A stretch of DNA of 64,000 bases from contig CM074813.1 of assembly GCA_037447605.1 (NCBI GenBank), forward strand, positions 2,976,001 through 3,040,000, written 5' to 3'. How positions within the stretch are numbered: position 1 is the first letter of the stretch; every line of letters starts with the position of its first letter. The notes under the pieces were generated by a model. That model had not been told where the DNA came from, did not search any database, and saw nothing but the letters and a program-made list of their open reading frames with translations. The translations under genes and the position numbers were made by a program. Source of the stretch: Zygnema circumcarinatum SAG 698-1b. Taxonomy: Eukaryota > Plantae > Zygnematophyceae. Of the stretch, positions 1-13,800 are shown piece after piece.

Positions 1-3000
1 CTCCTCCGTGCCCTAAATCCGACGGTCGAGGGAGCCCCGGGGACCTTCTTCCTGGAAGCGAAGCCCTCATCCGGTTGCCACCTGTCCACTTTTCCGCCCC
101 CCGAGACAAAAGGAGGGCAGGATGCGGCTGTGGCGGAATTTCCGCCAAATTTTGTTTCTTTTCAGTTTCCTCATCTCCCTCACTCCGTACCATCACCTCC
201 CTTTCCGAAGCTTCTAGAGCCGCCCCCTCTCCAATAGGGAGCTCTGCTTGAGAAACACCTTCTCTTGTCACGTTTTTGGCGGCCGAAACGGAGACCCCTG
301 ATTGGCTGTCCACATTTTTCGCCTGTTTTAATGCAGTAGTTCCCCTCCCCGACGAAAGCAAGAGTGGGCTGACTCTCTGTACGTTTCCCACACCGTAACT
401 TCCTGGAAACCCCTCTCCCCCTCTCTTCCCTCCTCTCCCTCCTCCTCCTCCTCCTCCTTGCCCTCTCGCAGCAGCAGCAGCCATGGCTGCCGCCTTACCC
501 ACTCCCCCCCCTCCTCCTCCTCCTCCCCCTCCCCCTCCTCTCCTTCCGTCCCCTCCGTTCCCGGCGAATCGGACGCTGCCACCTGTCCCTTTTTCCCCCC
601 GCCCGGGTGACCCTGAAGATGACCCCCCTCCCATGTGGTGTACTACCCCCCCTTGAGCTGCCATTAGGAGGGAGGCTGCAGCTGAGGCAGGTGCTATCCG
701 AGCCCCTGCTGCTACAGCAGCCGCTTGCACCATAGGGTCCGGCCCGGTCAAGAAAGGTCCTGAAGGACCGAGACGGCCTGATATCATTGGCTGCTGCTGT
801 CCAGGTGTCCGCATCTGATTGGACGCTCTCTGGGAAGCTCCTGGAGAGTTCGACCGACCGGAGTGTCCTTTCTGCGACTTTAATGCTTGAAGGCCGGGAT
901 GGGGTTGCACAGCTACTGGAAATGAGTCATTTCGTCGCGACATGAGCTGCTGCTGCTGCTGCTGCTGCGACGAATCGGAGGCCGCCACCTGTCCATACGC
1001 CTGCCCCAAATGATGATGTGACTGGTAGCCACCTCCCCCACTACCGCCACCGTAATGAGCTGACGAAAAGAAGGCCCCGGTAGAGCCTCCCACAGAATGC
1101 GACAAAAAGGTCTGTTGTCCTGTAGCCCCTCCAGTGTTGGTCCGTGCCTCGGTGGCTGAGGAATTGTTGCCTCGGGATGCTCCAAAATAGGACATATCAG
1201 CGAATGAGGCACTGACACCTGGCTCTGAGGCAGCGGCTGAGACCCTGCCACCTGTCCCTGCAGGGGAGCCTCCTGATTGGTTCGATCTCCCTCCGCCTCC
1301 GCCCTGTAAAGCATTTGCTCTGTTTCCAAGCCTGCCTGCCATTCCCTTGAAACTGCCACCTGGCGCAAGATCATTGGGCAGCCGGAGTCGATGCAGAGGC
1401 CCTCCCTCCTCCTGCTTCCGGCGGAGAACGGAATACCGCTGCATGGAAAAGGTAGAACGAGAAGGAAACTTAAAGTGGAGAAAAAACGGATGACCACGTG
1501 TGAACGAAGAGTTGCAGGGTTTATAAAAATGTCAGAAAGTGGAGCTTCCCAATAGATCTTGCCCAAATTTTCAACCCACAAAATGCCCAGCCTGCACCCC
1601 CACACTCTCAACGACCATGTGGTTTCCTCCCTCCCACAAGTTCCCACTTTTTTTCCTCCCTCTCCTGCTCTTCCTCCCTCCTTTCCCTCCTGCCTTCAAC
1701 CACCTCAGTCCCACCGCAAAACGCCCTCCCCCTCCCTCCTTCCCTCCCTTCCTCTCACTCCTCCATCTCTCTTGCTTCCCTCCGTTCCCCTCTTCCCTCT
1801 CTCTCCCTTCCTCCCTTGACGCCCCCCCACTTCAACCAACAAAAAACCCCCCCACTCTCACTGTTCCCCCCATCCTCCTTCCTTCTCCCTCCATCTCCTT
1901 CCCTCGTCCTCCACATCCCTCCCATCCACTCCCTTCCCCTCCTCTCCCTTTTCTCTCCTTCTCCCTCCACCTCCCTCCCTCCCTCCCCCTCCCTCCCCCT
2001 CCCTCCCCCTCCATCTCCTTCCCTCCTCCTCCACATCCCTCCCATCCACTCCCTCCCCCTCCTCTCCCTTTCCTCCTTCCCTTCTCCCTCCACCTCCCTC
2101 CCTCCCCCNNNNNNNNNNCCCCCTTCCTGCCCCTCCCTCCCCCTCCCTCCCCCTCCCTCCCCCTCCCTTCTGCCAACAAACTTCCCTCCTTCCCTCCCTC
2201 ACACACCTGTGAGAGCTGTGTAGCCGTTCGGCCGACCACTAGGTTCCCCCTCACTATGCGCTGCCACTGAGCCTCTCCGTGCTCGGCAACGGCTGCTAAA
2301 AGGGCTTCATCCTCCCGCTTGGTCCAAACCTTTCTCTTTTTCCTCACCTGCACAGAGCCAACCTTAACCTCCGGAGGGAGGGAGGAGGCAGCCATGGCTG
2401 CCGTTCCACCCCCCCTCGAATCGCAGCCATGGCTCCCACTCTCTTCTGAAACCTCTATGCTCTCTATCCCCCCTCTTTTACCCTGGCCACCTCCCTCTCC
2501 GCCTAACCCACTCCCTCCCCCGTCCTGCAACCTCTCCTTCTCTCTCTCCTTCTCTCTCTCCTTCCATGAGGAGACTGGCCACGACCTTGCAGTTGCGGCA
2601 GAGCTTCTAGGACTGTGGGGAGAGGGAGAGAGGGAGGGAGGAGGGGAGCCATAAGCAGCTGTTCGTGCAGAGGTTGAATCATCAGCTTCGGAATTTTCCC
2701 TACCGGAGTAACCGGATTTGGAAGGTGCTGAGGTGGACGGCTCTGAAGGTGCCACCTGTCGTCGGTTTTTTGAGTGATGGGTTAAAGAGGGGAGGTGAAG
2801 GGCAGCCCCTTCAGATGATATTCCAAGGGAGTCGGCTTTTCTCTTAAGGGTCGCTGGGGGTGTGGGGCCCACACCTGTGCTGATATTGAATTTCAACATG
2901 TCTGCCTGCATGGGGAGAGGCAGAGGGAACGAGGGGAAAGAAAGAGACAGAGAGGGAGAGACAGCGAGAGAGAGGAGGGGAGAAAGGGGGCAGAGGGAGC

Positions 3001-5283
3001 AACGAGGACAGAGCAGAGAAGGACGAAAAAGTAAGAAGGGGACATAGAGGGAGGAAGGAGGGAGGAAGGAGGGANNNNNNNNNNGGGAGGGAGGGAGGGA
3101 GGGAGGGAGGGAGATAGTGGCGGTGGAGAAGGAGAGAAAACTCCGAAAAACGGACGATGAAAAGAACTGTGACAAGAAAACCCGATGAAGTGCAGTGTGC
3201 ACAACTGGAGGGCCAACCGGCACTTGCCACCTGGCGGCTCAACTCACCTGCACGCAATCTGCTGCCTTGTCGAGGAGCTCTGCTGTGCTGCCACGTGGCA
3301 TGTCCACCTCAGCCTCCACGTCGCTGTCGCCCATCTGACCCGCGACGCACCTTTGCAGTCAACCCCATGTCCTGTCAGCAGGCCTCCTTCGCCCCCTGCC
3401 TTCACATACATACATATGGACAGCAAGAGGCTATGCAGTACACTGCTTCATGCATCCCTTTACATAGCCCATAAACATCGTCATACAAGTCATGTAACTC
3501 GCCGCACAACCGTTGAATGCTGCACACATGCTCTACATAAGTCAAGTTCTTCTTCTTATAGTTTACAAATGCTGTCACATAGCCTACATGCTCTTCTAAA
3601 TAATTTGGGCTGCTTTTGATGATGCCTGTGCTCAATACATAACCCATATGTTGTGCATGTGCTCCTCTACTTTGGAGTTCATCCCAAAATCCTCCTTTGA
3701 TGACTGAATTTGCATAGCCCATCCAAATCACATGATCCGTTCATTACTTCCATGATATCCTCTCCCTTCCCCATCACGTTCCAAACGACAAGTAGGCCCA
3801 ACCCACCTCCCACCCTCCCCTCTTTTCACCCTCGCACTCTCCACTCTCTCTCCCTCTACCGCACTTCCCAGAGCCCTTGATGCAGTCTTATACGGTGTGC
3901 ACCTCGGGAGAACAGTCTGCCGCATACTTCTCCTCCATGGGAATACAGTATGCGATATATCGCCAGAGTGCCTGACACTCCCTCGCACTTCCCAAGCTCG
4001 GCATAGCCTTCTTCTGAATGCCTTTCCAATCCAATTTCGAACTTGTCGTCCTAGCGATCTCTCTCAGGAGGTCCATCACCATTGGCGCATTGTACCTGCA
4101 CAAAACCCAAGTGAGACCGACAGCAAAGAGAGAATGAGAAAAGTAAAGAGAGAGAAAGGAGAGACAAAGAGAGAAAGAAGGTGGAACATGTCGGTTAGGA
4201 GCATTTATGCCAATGAAATGCATTGCCATGCAATGCAGCCAATTCCCCGACCAGGCGGCTGCAACCAACAAAGAGCGCTCTCACCTCCTAAGAAGATTTT
4301 GTGTTTCGACCTCGCTAATGGTTGCGTGCCGCCTTTTCGGCGGTTCTGAAGCAGAGAGGGAAGGAGACGAAGGGGCTGCTGCTGCCGAAGGAGGACGGTG
4401 GCGGGCAGGTGCCTTTAAAGATGTCACTGAATTTTCTGCATAATGCAAGTCAGCCTTTAAGAAACGACCGGAAGAAAACGAAACGAGCAAAATGCGTACC
4501 CTTTAAGGAACCTAAAAAAAGGGATGGGGAAGCGCAGGAGACCTGATCTCCCCATCCCCTCCCCTCCTCTCCCCTCCCTTCCCCTTTCTCCCGACCTCTC
4601 CCTCCCACCTTTTTGAAAACTTAGCAAGAGGGGAGAAGATTCTCACTGGCTTGCCCCGCTCTTTGCGGAGCCATGGCTGCCTTCTGCGGCTGCAGTAATC
4701 CTGCAGGAGATGAGCGGCCTTTTTGCAAAGCCCCCCCAACATAAGGAGAAGTGTCTCCGGAAGATTCAGGGGCAACCCTTCCCTCCTTCCGAGAACTTTC
4801 CACCACCCTCCCTCCCTTAAGCTCCAAACTTCCACCTTGAACCGAAAGTGATGTCGAGGGAGCGCTTGCTGACGGGGTAGGGCCAGCCTCTCCCGCGCTG
4901 CCACGTGTCCCTGCCGAGCTACTGCCGGCGGGGCCAACCGAGAGTGACCCCCCTTTACTACCCTCCTTCCCTCCTCCCACCGATCGATTCACTCCCACTG
5001 TCGCACCCCCCTGAGAGCCACCTGACACTTCAGCTCTAATTTTGTTAGAATTCACTTTTAAATCCCTGGAAGCTCCGAGAGGAGAACGCATCCGAGCTTC
5101 GCTGGCGTCGCCTGGGAGCCATACAGGAGTGGAAAGCTTTACTACTGTGGCACCCATCGCTGCTCCCTCAGTTACTCCGAGAGAGCCTTTCCCCTTGGAA
5201 GCCATGGCTTCCATGGCTCGCAGGGGCCTGCCCATCTCTTTGAGCCATTTCTCCCACGCTCTGTCGCCCTCTGTCCTCGCCAT
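1..5283 (-). CDS. DRMY1/DP1-like Myb/SANT-domain protein, multi-exon, 3' end beyond the left edge
   Basis: Phase-consistent GT-AG exons 5283-4647, 4435-4285, 4095-3903, 3334-3248, 2905-2207, 1438-<1. They give ISEVETQNLLRR|YNAPMVMDLLREIA..LDWKGIQKK..SARECQALWRYIAY, then MGDSDVEAE..AADCVQ, then the Myb repeat KKRKVWTKREDEALLAAVAEHGEAQWQRI..RTATQLSQ|RYSVLRRK, matching the DRMY1 motif order as I recall it. The first exon and ATG are less certain; the last exon was only spot-checked for stops. Confidence 0.8.
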
Positions 5284-5818
5284 GGCTGCCTTGCTTTTCC
5301 TGCTTCTGGTTATCCTCCTCAAAAAACCTAAAAAAACTTAAATTTAGGCCCCATTAAGGCGTTCCGCTCTCTCTCCTCGAGGAGAAAGAGAACCGTGGGG
5401 AGGGCGAAGGGAAGGGAGAATGATGGATGAGGGAGGAGGGAACCGAGGCACGAGGGAGAAGAGAATGTGGGGGGAAGGGAGGAGGGAGGAAGTGCCCGAA
5501 AAAGTGGGAGGGAAAGGTGGAAGAGGGAGACGAATGCAAGCAAGAGGAAGGGAGAGTTAAGGGAAGGAGAGAGGTAACGGTAAAAAGGAGCGAGAAGAAA
5601 GAATGGAGAGAGTCAGCGAGAAAGATGAAAGTACAAGGGAGGGAAGAGGATGATGGGGGAGGGGGAGGGAGAAATGGGACAGGCATACATAGGAGAGAGA
5701 GAGAGGGGAGACCGGGGGACCCGCGCCCCGAAGCGAGAGAACCAGAGAGCGAGAGAGAGGTGAAAGCGAGGCAGAGAGCCCTATGTGCACGCCACCCATC
5801 GCTTCGATACAAGATACC

Positions 5819-6053
5819 GTACCGGACCCGAGCCTCTCCCGTACCTGCGACTTCGACATCATTCTGAGTCTGCATCACTGCACTTAATGCACATACTGTA
5901 CGAAAAACGCAGATACTGTACGGTAAATCTGTCACATACTGTACGGTGGGGCCCACACATACATGCTTGACATAAGGGGACCATTCATGACATCATTTTA
6001 TTTTCGTACCGTACGGTAACGTAGGAGAAGTCCCACTGTGCAGCTTTTCGTAC
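5819..6053. promoter_or_regulatory. Cluster of 8 GTAC cores (SBP/SPL or CuRE-like) between the divergent DRMY1-like and UPL3 genes
   Basis: GTAC at 5819, 5841, 5898, 5918, 5941, 6006, 6011, 6050, including ATACTGTACG three times. Function is inferred. Confidence 0.35.
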
Positions 6054-7845
6054 GTCATTTGATGACGTCATGGTTGCAAACCGCCTGCATCGTCGCCTGC
6101 GATGATGACGTGCAGGTTCGCTGAGTGTGCCACGTGGCAATCTTCAAGTGGGGGCGCTAACGCACGCCGCGATTCTGCTGACGACTGCCGGCATGCGGCT
6201 CCTCGTGGTTCCCACGGCGGCTGAGCCGCGCACATGGGATGGCGCCGCCATCGTGAAATCAAATCACCACCACATCGCCATTTGGCCAATCTCACTTTCG
6301 TTTGGAGCTTCTTCCAATGGCGACTCGCCACGCCGACATATTGTTATTATGGTACGCGGGAGGAGGGGAAACTTTCATTGAACTCGCGATGGCGAGGCCA
6401 TCAAATGTACATGGACAAAGGCAAAATGTGGAACCACGAAGGACTGGTCACAAAGGACCAAAACACAATAACACGAAGCTAGGAGCGGAAAACTACGCCT
6501 AGGCACAACAACGCAGCCCTAGAAGCAGCCGCGNNNNNNNNNNAAGTCGCGCTGCAAGCTGAAACTGGCCTGGGGTCAAACGAAGGGTGGAAAATATCGG
6601 GGTAACAACCAACCAAGCCCCAGCTCCAGGACCCGCACAAGAACGAAGCCGAGCACGCGCAACATCAGAAGGAAGAGCCGCAATAAGGGTAGAAAACAGG
6701 AGGAGAGGAGGGGAGGAGGATGTGAAGGTAGTGGCATTGATCTCACGATGGCGATGAGGCCATCAAATGTACATGGACAAAGCATCATCATGGGGAACCA
6801 CGAGGAACTGGGCGCAGAGGACCAGGGGAGGATCCTTGACTGATAGCTCGCAGTGACGCAGGCCCACGTCGTGCTTCGCATGGGTCGGTTTGCAACCTGC
6901 CGGCGGAGTTGCAAACCGCGCCGAGCCGAATCACGCAGAGAAATTGAAAAAGCAGTCAATGAAGCATGCTCTTTACCTGCCACGTGGCATGCTGTGAGCC
7001 CCCACATCGTGGCTTACAACATGTGAAACGCTTTTTCTTTTTGCCGAAATGCGCAAATTCCGGTCGGCCAAATTCGGCCATCGCTTGCAGGCGCATCTTT
7101 CCAAATCTCGCGATCTGCGGCGCACTCACTGTATCGCGAAAAATCGCTGAAATCGGCGGCATCGCTACTGCCCTGCCAACCCTTAGACAACCTTGAGATA
7201 TATCGAATATCGCGGGAATATCGACCTGTTGATTTGACATCTGCGCCGACATCGCATCACATCACTTTTCTCACTTATGTTAGTTCACAACCAGCGCGTC
7301 ATGACGTCATCGAACATCGCCCGTCCCAAGATCACCCATCGTCATGTGACGTGACATGGAGTGGTACGGTATGCGGGCCATGCCCATGCCGCCATGTGGC
7401 ATGCTCATGTTTATGCTTAACGGTGGGGATGGTCGTGATGCCATCTATGACTCCGTGAGGCCGTGGCCATGAGCATGAGCATGAGCATGACCCATGCCGG
7501 CCTGCTGACCACATGCCCATGCCAATGACGCCATGCCGTGGATTACCGGCATCGCGCCGTCGGCCCATTGCGTACGGCAGTGCGGCTCGCCCTCCCCCTC
7601 GCCCTCGCCCTGCCTCCCCCATCCCCCTCTCTCTTCCCTCTCTATATCTAATCCCCCACGGAGCGGGAGAGGAGCAGCAGGCGAGGCCGAGAGAGGCTGT
7701 AGAGAGGGGGAGAGAAGGGGAAAGGGGGAGAGACGGAAGGGAGTGAGGGGGGGAGGGAGGAGGGAGGCAGAGAGGCACCCCCTGGCCGGCACGTGGCCCT
7801 CTATGCGCCCCGTGTGCCAGGTGGCGGCCCCGGGCGGACTCTTTT

Positions 7846-10800
7846 ATGGAAACGCGCAGCAGAAAGAGGGCTGAGGCTGCCGCCGCCTCCGCGGGCCCTC
7901 TCACGCGTGCGCGCCGCGCCCGTCTCCTGCCCTCGGCCGCTGCTGCCCCTCCCGCTTCTCCCGCGCCTGCCAAGAGGCCACGTGTCAGCAAGGGAAGGGC
8001 CTCAGGTGGGGGCTCTAAGGGCGCCACGGCAGCAGCAGCATCAGCAGCAGGGAGTATAGGAGCAGGGGGGGGTATGGAAGGGGAGTGCATGGAGCAGGAG
8101 GAGAGGGAGCAGACGGAGGGGCAGATGAGAGAGAGGGAGAGGGATTCAGAGAGGGAGAAGGATCAACGACGAGAGGGAGAGCGGGAAAGGGAGCGCGAGA
8201 GGGAGAGGGAGAAGGACAGAGAGCGCATGCGAGCACTCCGGGAACGCGCAGCTGCAGCAGCTGCGGCGGCTGCTTCTGTGGGAGGCCTTGATGACGAGCA
8301 AGAGGGAGATGCAGGAGGCATGCAGATGCACCATAGCCTTGTATCTGCAAGCAGTGCCTTAAACGGACTTTTAAGGAGACTTGGAGCAGGCTTTGATGAT
8401 CTCCTTCCAACTTCGGCATCCGCAGCCATGCAGAATAGTCGGCTGCGCAGTATATTATCAGGACTGCGCGCGGAAAATGAAGAAGGGCGACAGCTGGAGG
8501 CGCTCTCGCAACTCTGCGAGATTCTCTCAATTGGAACGGAAGAGTCTCTAAGCAGCTTTTCGGTGGATTCTTTTGTACCACTGTTGGTTGGATTGCTGAA
8601 CTGCGAGTACAGTCCTGACATGATGCTGCTTGCAGCGCGGGCAATTACGCATTTATGTGACGTTCTGCCGTCATCCTGCGCGGCTGTTGTGCATTACGGT
8701 GCAGTGCCGTTGCTGTGTGCACGCCTTCTTACAATCGAATACATCGATTTGGCAGAGCAGGTAGGTTGTTTCGGCTGCTTGTTTTTGCATTCTATCGGGA
8801 ACTCGCTCAGAATTTGCAGATGATGGTTGAAAAGGTGCTGTATGGAATTGGTAGAGGTTTGAGATTTGAAGGGAAGTCCTGGAGTGGAAGTACTCCTTTC
8901 TTGCGTTTGAAATGGCTGTGAGATGTATATTGATGTTTATCCATGTTATACATTTTGTTGTTATGAATGGCAGTCCCTGCAAGCGCTTCAGAAGATATCA
9001 AACGAGCATCCCGGAGCGTGTTTGAGAGCAGGCGGCCTTATGGCCGTGCTTTCCTACTTGGATTTTTTTTCTACTGGAGTGCAGGTATTTTGGCTGGCTG
9101 TGTATACCGCATTTTGCTATCAATTTCATGCTTGGCAGTGTGATACCATTTGAAGCGAACTCATGTATGGTTTTTTTGCTTCATTGTGTTCAGAGAGTAG
9201 CTGTGTCTACTGCTGCAAACATATGCAGACAGCTTCCCTCGGATGCAGGGGACCTGGTGATGGAGGCTGTACCTATATTGACAAACATTTTGCAATACCA
9301 AGATGCCAAGGTTAGTCATGTTACCTCAGCATTCAACTGTTTAATCATCTCAACCATAGCGGCAAATGCGTTCTTGCACCTGGACGGACCTACTTAGGAG
9401 GCTCAAAAGATTGTAGGCTTTGATTATTTCAATGTTCAGGATTTTTGCTTTAAATTCACAGCGATTCTTTTTCTGTAACAGGTGGTGGAGCGGGTATGCA
9501 CGTGTTTGACGCGAATTGCGGAGTCGTATGCAGCTTCCCCAGAGAAGCTTGATGCTCTTTGCAGCCATGGCCTCATTCCTCAGGCTGTCCGCCTTATCTC
9601 TGTCAGCAACGGGTCGACTTCACAGAGCCCTCTCAGCTCGTCAACTTTGGCAGTACACATCCTCACCCTTTCCCACTGTTTGTTTCTTATTTTCTACATT
9701 TTCCTGTGCTGCTGGTATGGTTATTGTAGCTTGCCTATCCCTAACTTCCTAGGTATCAATAATAGGTTTTTCTGCTTTAGGATCGAGAAGAACAATGACT
9801 GCTTTGTTATTCAATTTAACAAACTCCTGGGGGAAGTACTTAAATTTGAGGCTTTGCAGCCTCAAATTTCTGTGGACTGGAAAGGAAAGGAGGGAATACA
9901 CTTCAAGCAGTGCATGGACAAGCCTTAGGCATGGAGAAGACTGGATGTGGAATTTGAACTGGATTTGAAGCTGGAAATCAACGGTGACTGGAAACTGAAA
10001 CTGAAAGGTTCTTGTATCACGCTTGTTGCAGGGTCTATTTCGACTTCTTGCCACGTGTGCGGGTGGATCACCCATTCCCGCAAAAAGCCTCCTGCTTATG
10101 GGAATCAGCGGAACATTACGTGACATTCTGGCGGGCTCAACCGCTGCTTCTACAACATTGATTTCACCGTCTGCATTAAGTCGACCAGCAGAACAGGTAT
10201 GGCTGCCAAATTCGTTCAATCATAAACTATATTTATTTGGAATCAGAGTATAATTTTGTGCTCCGTCAAAGTTTTATAGAAATACCTTTCTCTTACGAGT
10301 TTTTCAGTGATTTTTCCTTGTATGTGAAGTGGCTCTGAGGGCTGCACGTGTATGGTGTTGCGGTCATACCGACTGTCAAGGAAGACTTACAAACTAGGTG
10401 TGAACGGGTGTTTTGGATGCAGCTTTATGAAATCGTATCCCTAGTCAATGAGTTGCTGCCCCCTCTTCCAGAGTCTGTGATTTCTGGACCCTCACAGAGC
10501 GAGGGAAAGCCTTTGCGGAAGCGTCATAGTGGAAAGGGAGCAGAGAATCTGAGCCAGGATGAAGAGGTTGCGGAGAAACCGATTGACATCTCAGTGCGGG
10601 AGAAACTGCTTATGGATGAACCTGCTCTTCTTGAACGATTTGCGAAAGATCTTTTTCCAGTAATGATGCAGGTAAATAACGTCAGAATGCGCAGAATGTG
10701 GGCTCGTCATGTTTTTGCTAATGTGCAGCTCTATCTCTCTGCTCTCTTTTGCCGCTTCCTCTTCATACCCTCCGCTGCTCCCTTCCCTGTTTTCTTTCCC

Positions 10801-13800
10801 TCCCCTCTTTCTTCTTTCTCGCTGTTCATTTTCCTTTTCCCCTTTTTTTCTCTTCTTTTCTTCCATTTCTCACTTCCCAAAAAGATTATGCTGTGGAACT
10901 GATTTTAGTTCCTCCACTGCTGGGAAACTTTGAGTACAGGTTTATGGGTCCAGCATAAACTCTGCAGTGCGGTATAAATGTTTGACAATCATCAGCAAAC
11001 TTCTGAATTTTAGTAAACCCGATATGCTACGGGATTTACTCCAAGATTTGAACATTTCAGGGTATGAGAATTACTTCCCACAACCGAATTGTAGCTTTGT
11101 AGGTTTGCTTTAGCTTTGACGTTTTGCTACAAAAATCTCAGTCTTTTTTTGTTTTAACAGATTCAAAGTCGTGTATTTTAAGACAGGTAGGACACTTCAT
11201 ATCTCGTCAGATTTGCCTTCTCTGGCAATATTATTGTGTAGTGTCTGATGTCGTTTTTTTTCCGAAGAATTGTTGCAGATTTCTCGCTGGAGTTCTGGCG
11301 TCAAAAGATGCTGTCATTCTGAACTCGAGTCTTCAAATTGCAGAGATGCTGATGGTCAAACTCCCTGACATATTTTCAAAGAGTTTGGTAAAGGAAGGAG
11401 TAGTGCATTCTGTCGATTTACTGATCACGTCAGAGCAGTCGCGGGTGACCACTTCTGGCAAAGCGGCCGCAGCTTCACAATGTGCAACTCCTCCCCCCAG
11501 ACCTCGACGAGGAGGCTCAAGCAGGAGGAGGAGTGGAAGTCAGGCACAAGTAGATGCCCTTAATGAAGATGCGCAGGCAGTGTTAGCAGCAGCAGCAGCT
11601 TCTGCAGAAGCTTCCGGAAGCAAACCAAACCGCGGATCTCTCAGAGTGGAAGTTTTAGCTCGGGCAAAACAGTTCCGCGAAACGTACTTTTCGAGTTCGG
11701 CAGAGTCGGGAGACGCAGCTTTGACTGACAATTTGAGGATACTGAAGGAAGTGAGTTCTCGGCTGTTGAATGATGTTAGTGCCGAGTCAAAATCGAAGAA
11801 AGGGAAGGGCAGGGTAGGAGTGAAAGCGAGTATAGTTGAGAGGAATGAGGAGGTGGATATAGCGGCAGTTCAAGACATTCTTTCAGCCCTTTCGGAAGGG
11901 GAGGGAGTATCGACTTTTGAGTTTGTGGGAAGTGGGGTAGTGGATGCTTTGTTGAATTACTTTTCTCTCGGAGGGACGTCCCCAGCAGGCCTCGACGAGG
12001 AGAACCTCACTGCTGTAAAGGCGAAAGTGAAGCAACGTCTAAAGCGCTTTATTGAGGTTGCCTTACAGGGGGAACATAGAATTCATCAGGGGGTGCCTCC
12101 TATGGCCATTCTGGTGAAGAAACTCCAAGCTGCTCTCTCCTCTCTAGAACGCTTTCCCGTAGTGCTCAGTCAGGTGCCTAGATCTAACGGAGGGGGCATT
12201 TCTGTGTCAGCTGGGTTAAGTGCTCTTGCTCAGCCGTTCAAGCTCAGACTTGCTCGAGCGAATTCAGACAAATCTCTGCGAGATTACTCCTCAAATGTTG
12301 TTTTGATTGAGCCGCTAGCTACTTTAGCAGCTGTAGAAGACTTCCTTTGGCCTCGCGTAAAACGACCCGATCCTTCATCAGGAGCCGCTGGACCGTCACA
12401 GTCTGCTCCTGATGGAGATCAGCCACCCATGGCAGTTCCGTTAACATCCGGAAATGTTGCAGTTTCAGCTATTCCGGAAGTAACTGAAAATGCGGAAGTG
12501 GGGGCATCAACTGATATTGAGAGAATTTTTTCTCATGTCCGATATGAACGCCTCATGCACAAGATCGGAAGTGGAGAACCTTCTAGCAGTTCAAAGGGGT
12601 CTTTAAGGGGCCCAGGAAGCTCAAGTAGTGGAGGAGAAAAGGGTGGAGAAGGTAGAAAGGGTGGAGAAGGTGGAATGGCGGCTGAGTTAAGTGAGCAGGC
12701 AGGGCCTGTCACAAGGAACACTGCTGCACGATTGAGAGCTGCAGTGGTTGCAACCAACGGAACAGACACAGATTCCATGGACGTGGATACTGAGGTAAGA
12801 CAAACGGTGTACTCAATTACTTGCCGAGAGGACGAGTCTTGCATCTGCGGATTACAAGTGGTTTAACTTTTTGTCATGCGCATGTTTTCAGGTGAAGTGC
12901 AAGTTACGTTTCAAATGTTAAGCTTGATGAACGGATTTCCACCTTGAACGTGTTTGTCTTGGATTTGCTTATCTTGTTGTTTCAGAGTGCTAGCGAGCAG
13001 AGATATTCCATCATGCATATTGGCGTCTGCGTCTCTGCCGAAAGGAAAACCCTAGATAATTATGTGTGTTCATTTGAAAGACAAGAACGTTCTTCCCGTT
13101 CAGGTAAAGGATCCTGGGACTACATCTATTGAAGGATTTTGTGAGCATCCAAAGAGTGACGGAGATGGGGACGAGGACATGCATTCTGAGGATGACGAGG
13201 AGGATGATGACGATGAAGAAGAAGATGACGAGGATGACGACGAAGAGGAGGATGTTGACAGGGACGACTTAAATCACGAGGTATGTGAAGTGTGAAGACT
13301 GAAGATCTTAATAATTTAAAAAATTCATGGTTTGTAGTTCTGTGCTTTGTTTCTCTTTTGCCCAGCATCTCAGCTGCTGGCGGAAGAAAAAGAGTCAGAG
13401 CGGGAGGAGAAACAGAGTGCAACCGTGAGGGGGGGAGCGGGGGAGAGAGAGGTGGATGAGGAGGGAAGGATGAGAGGGAGACAGCGAGAGGGAGTGAGAG
13501 GGAGAGAGAGAGGGACCAGGATGGAGGGAGAGAGGGGGTTGGAGCTTCTAGAAGGGAGACGGAAATGAAATAGAAACGTAGAGGAGAAGTATAGGTGGGT
13601 TAAAAACTGAAATGAGAGAGAGATGTAAAGAGGCAAAGGGGAAAGATGTTTGTATGGGAGTAAGAGATCACAAAGCAGAAAGCATGAAAAAAGCAGCACA
13701 GTTTTCGACTTATACTCATACTCTCTCTTGACCTCTATCAACATGCTTCGATCCCCCTCTCTCTTGCTTTCTTCCATCTCTCCTACTCGATACGCCCCGA

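Noticed and set aside
1539-2270. Pro/Ser- and Gly/Glu/Arg-rich ORFs here and at 22420-23055, 30153-31167 (+), 41539-41961, 44616-45496, 53592-54076 as extensin-like genes
   Set aside because: They are translations of CT/GA microsatellites in introns or intergenic DNA, open in several frames on both strands.
3402-3731. 109-aa ORF nested in a DRMY1-like intron
   Set aside because: No recognisable motif, non-ATG start, and not needed for the spliced model.
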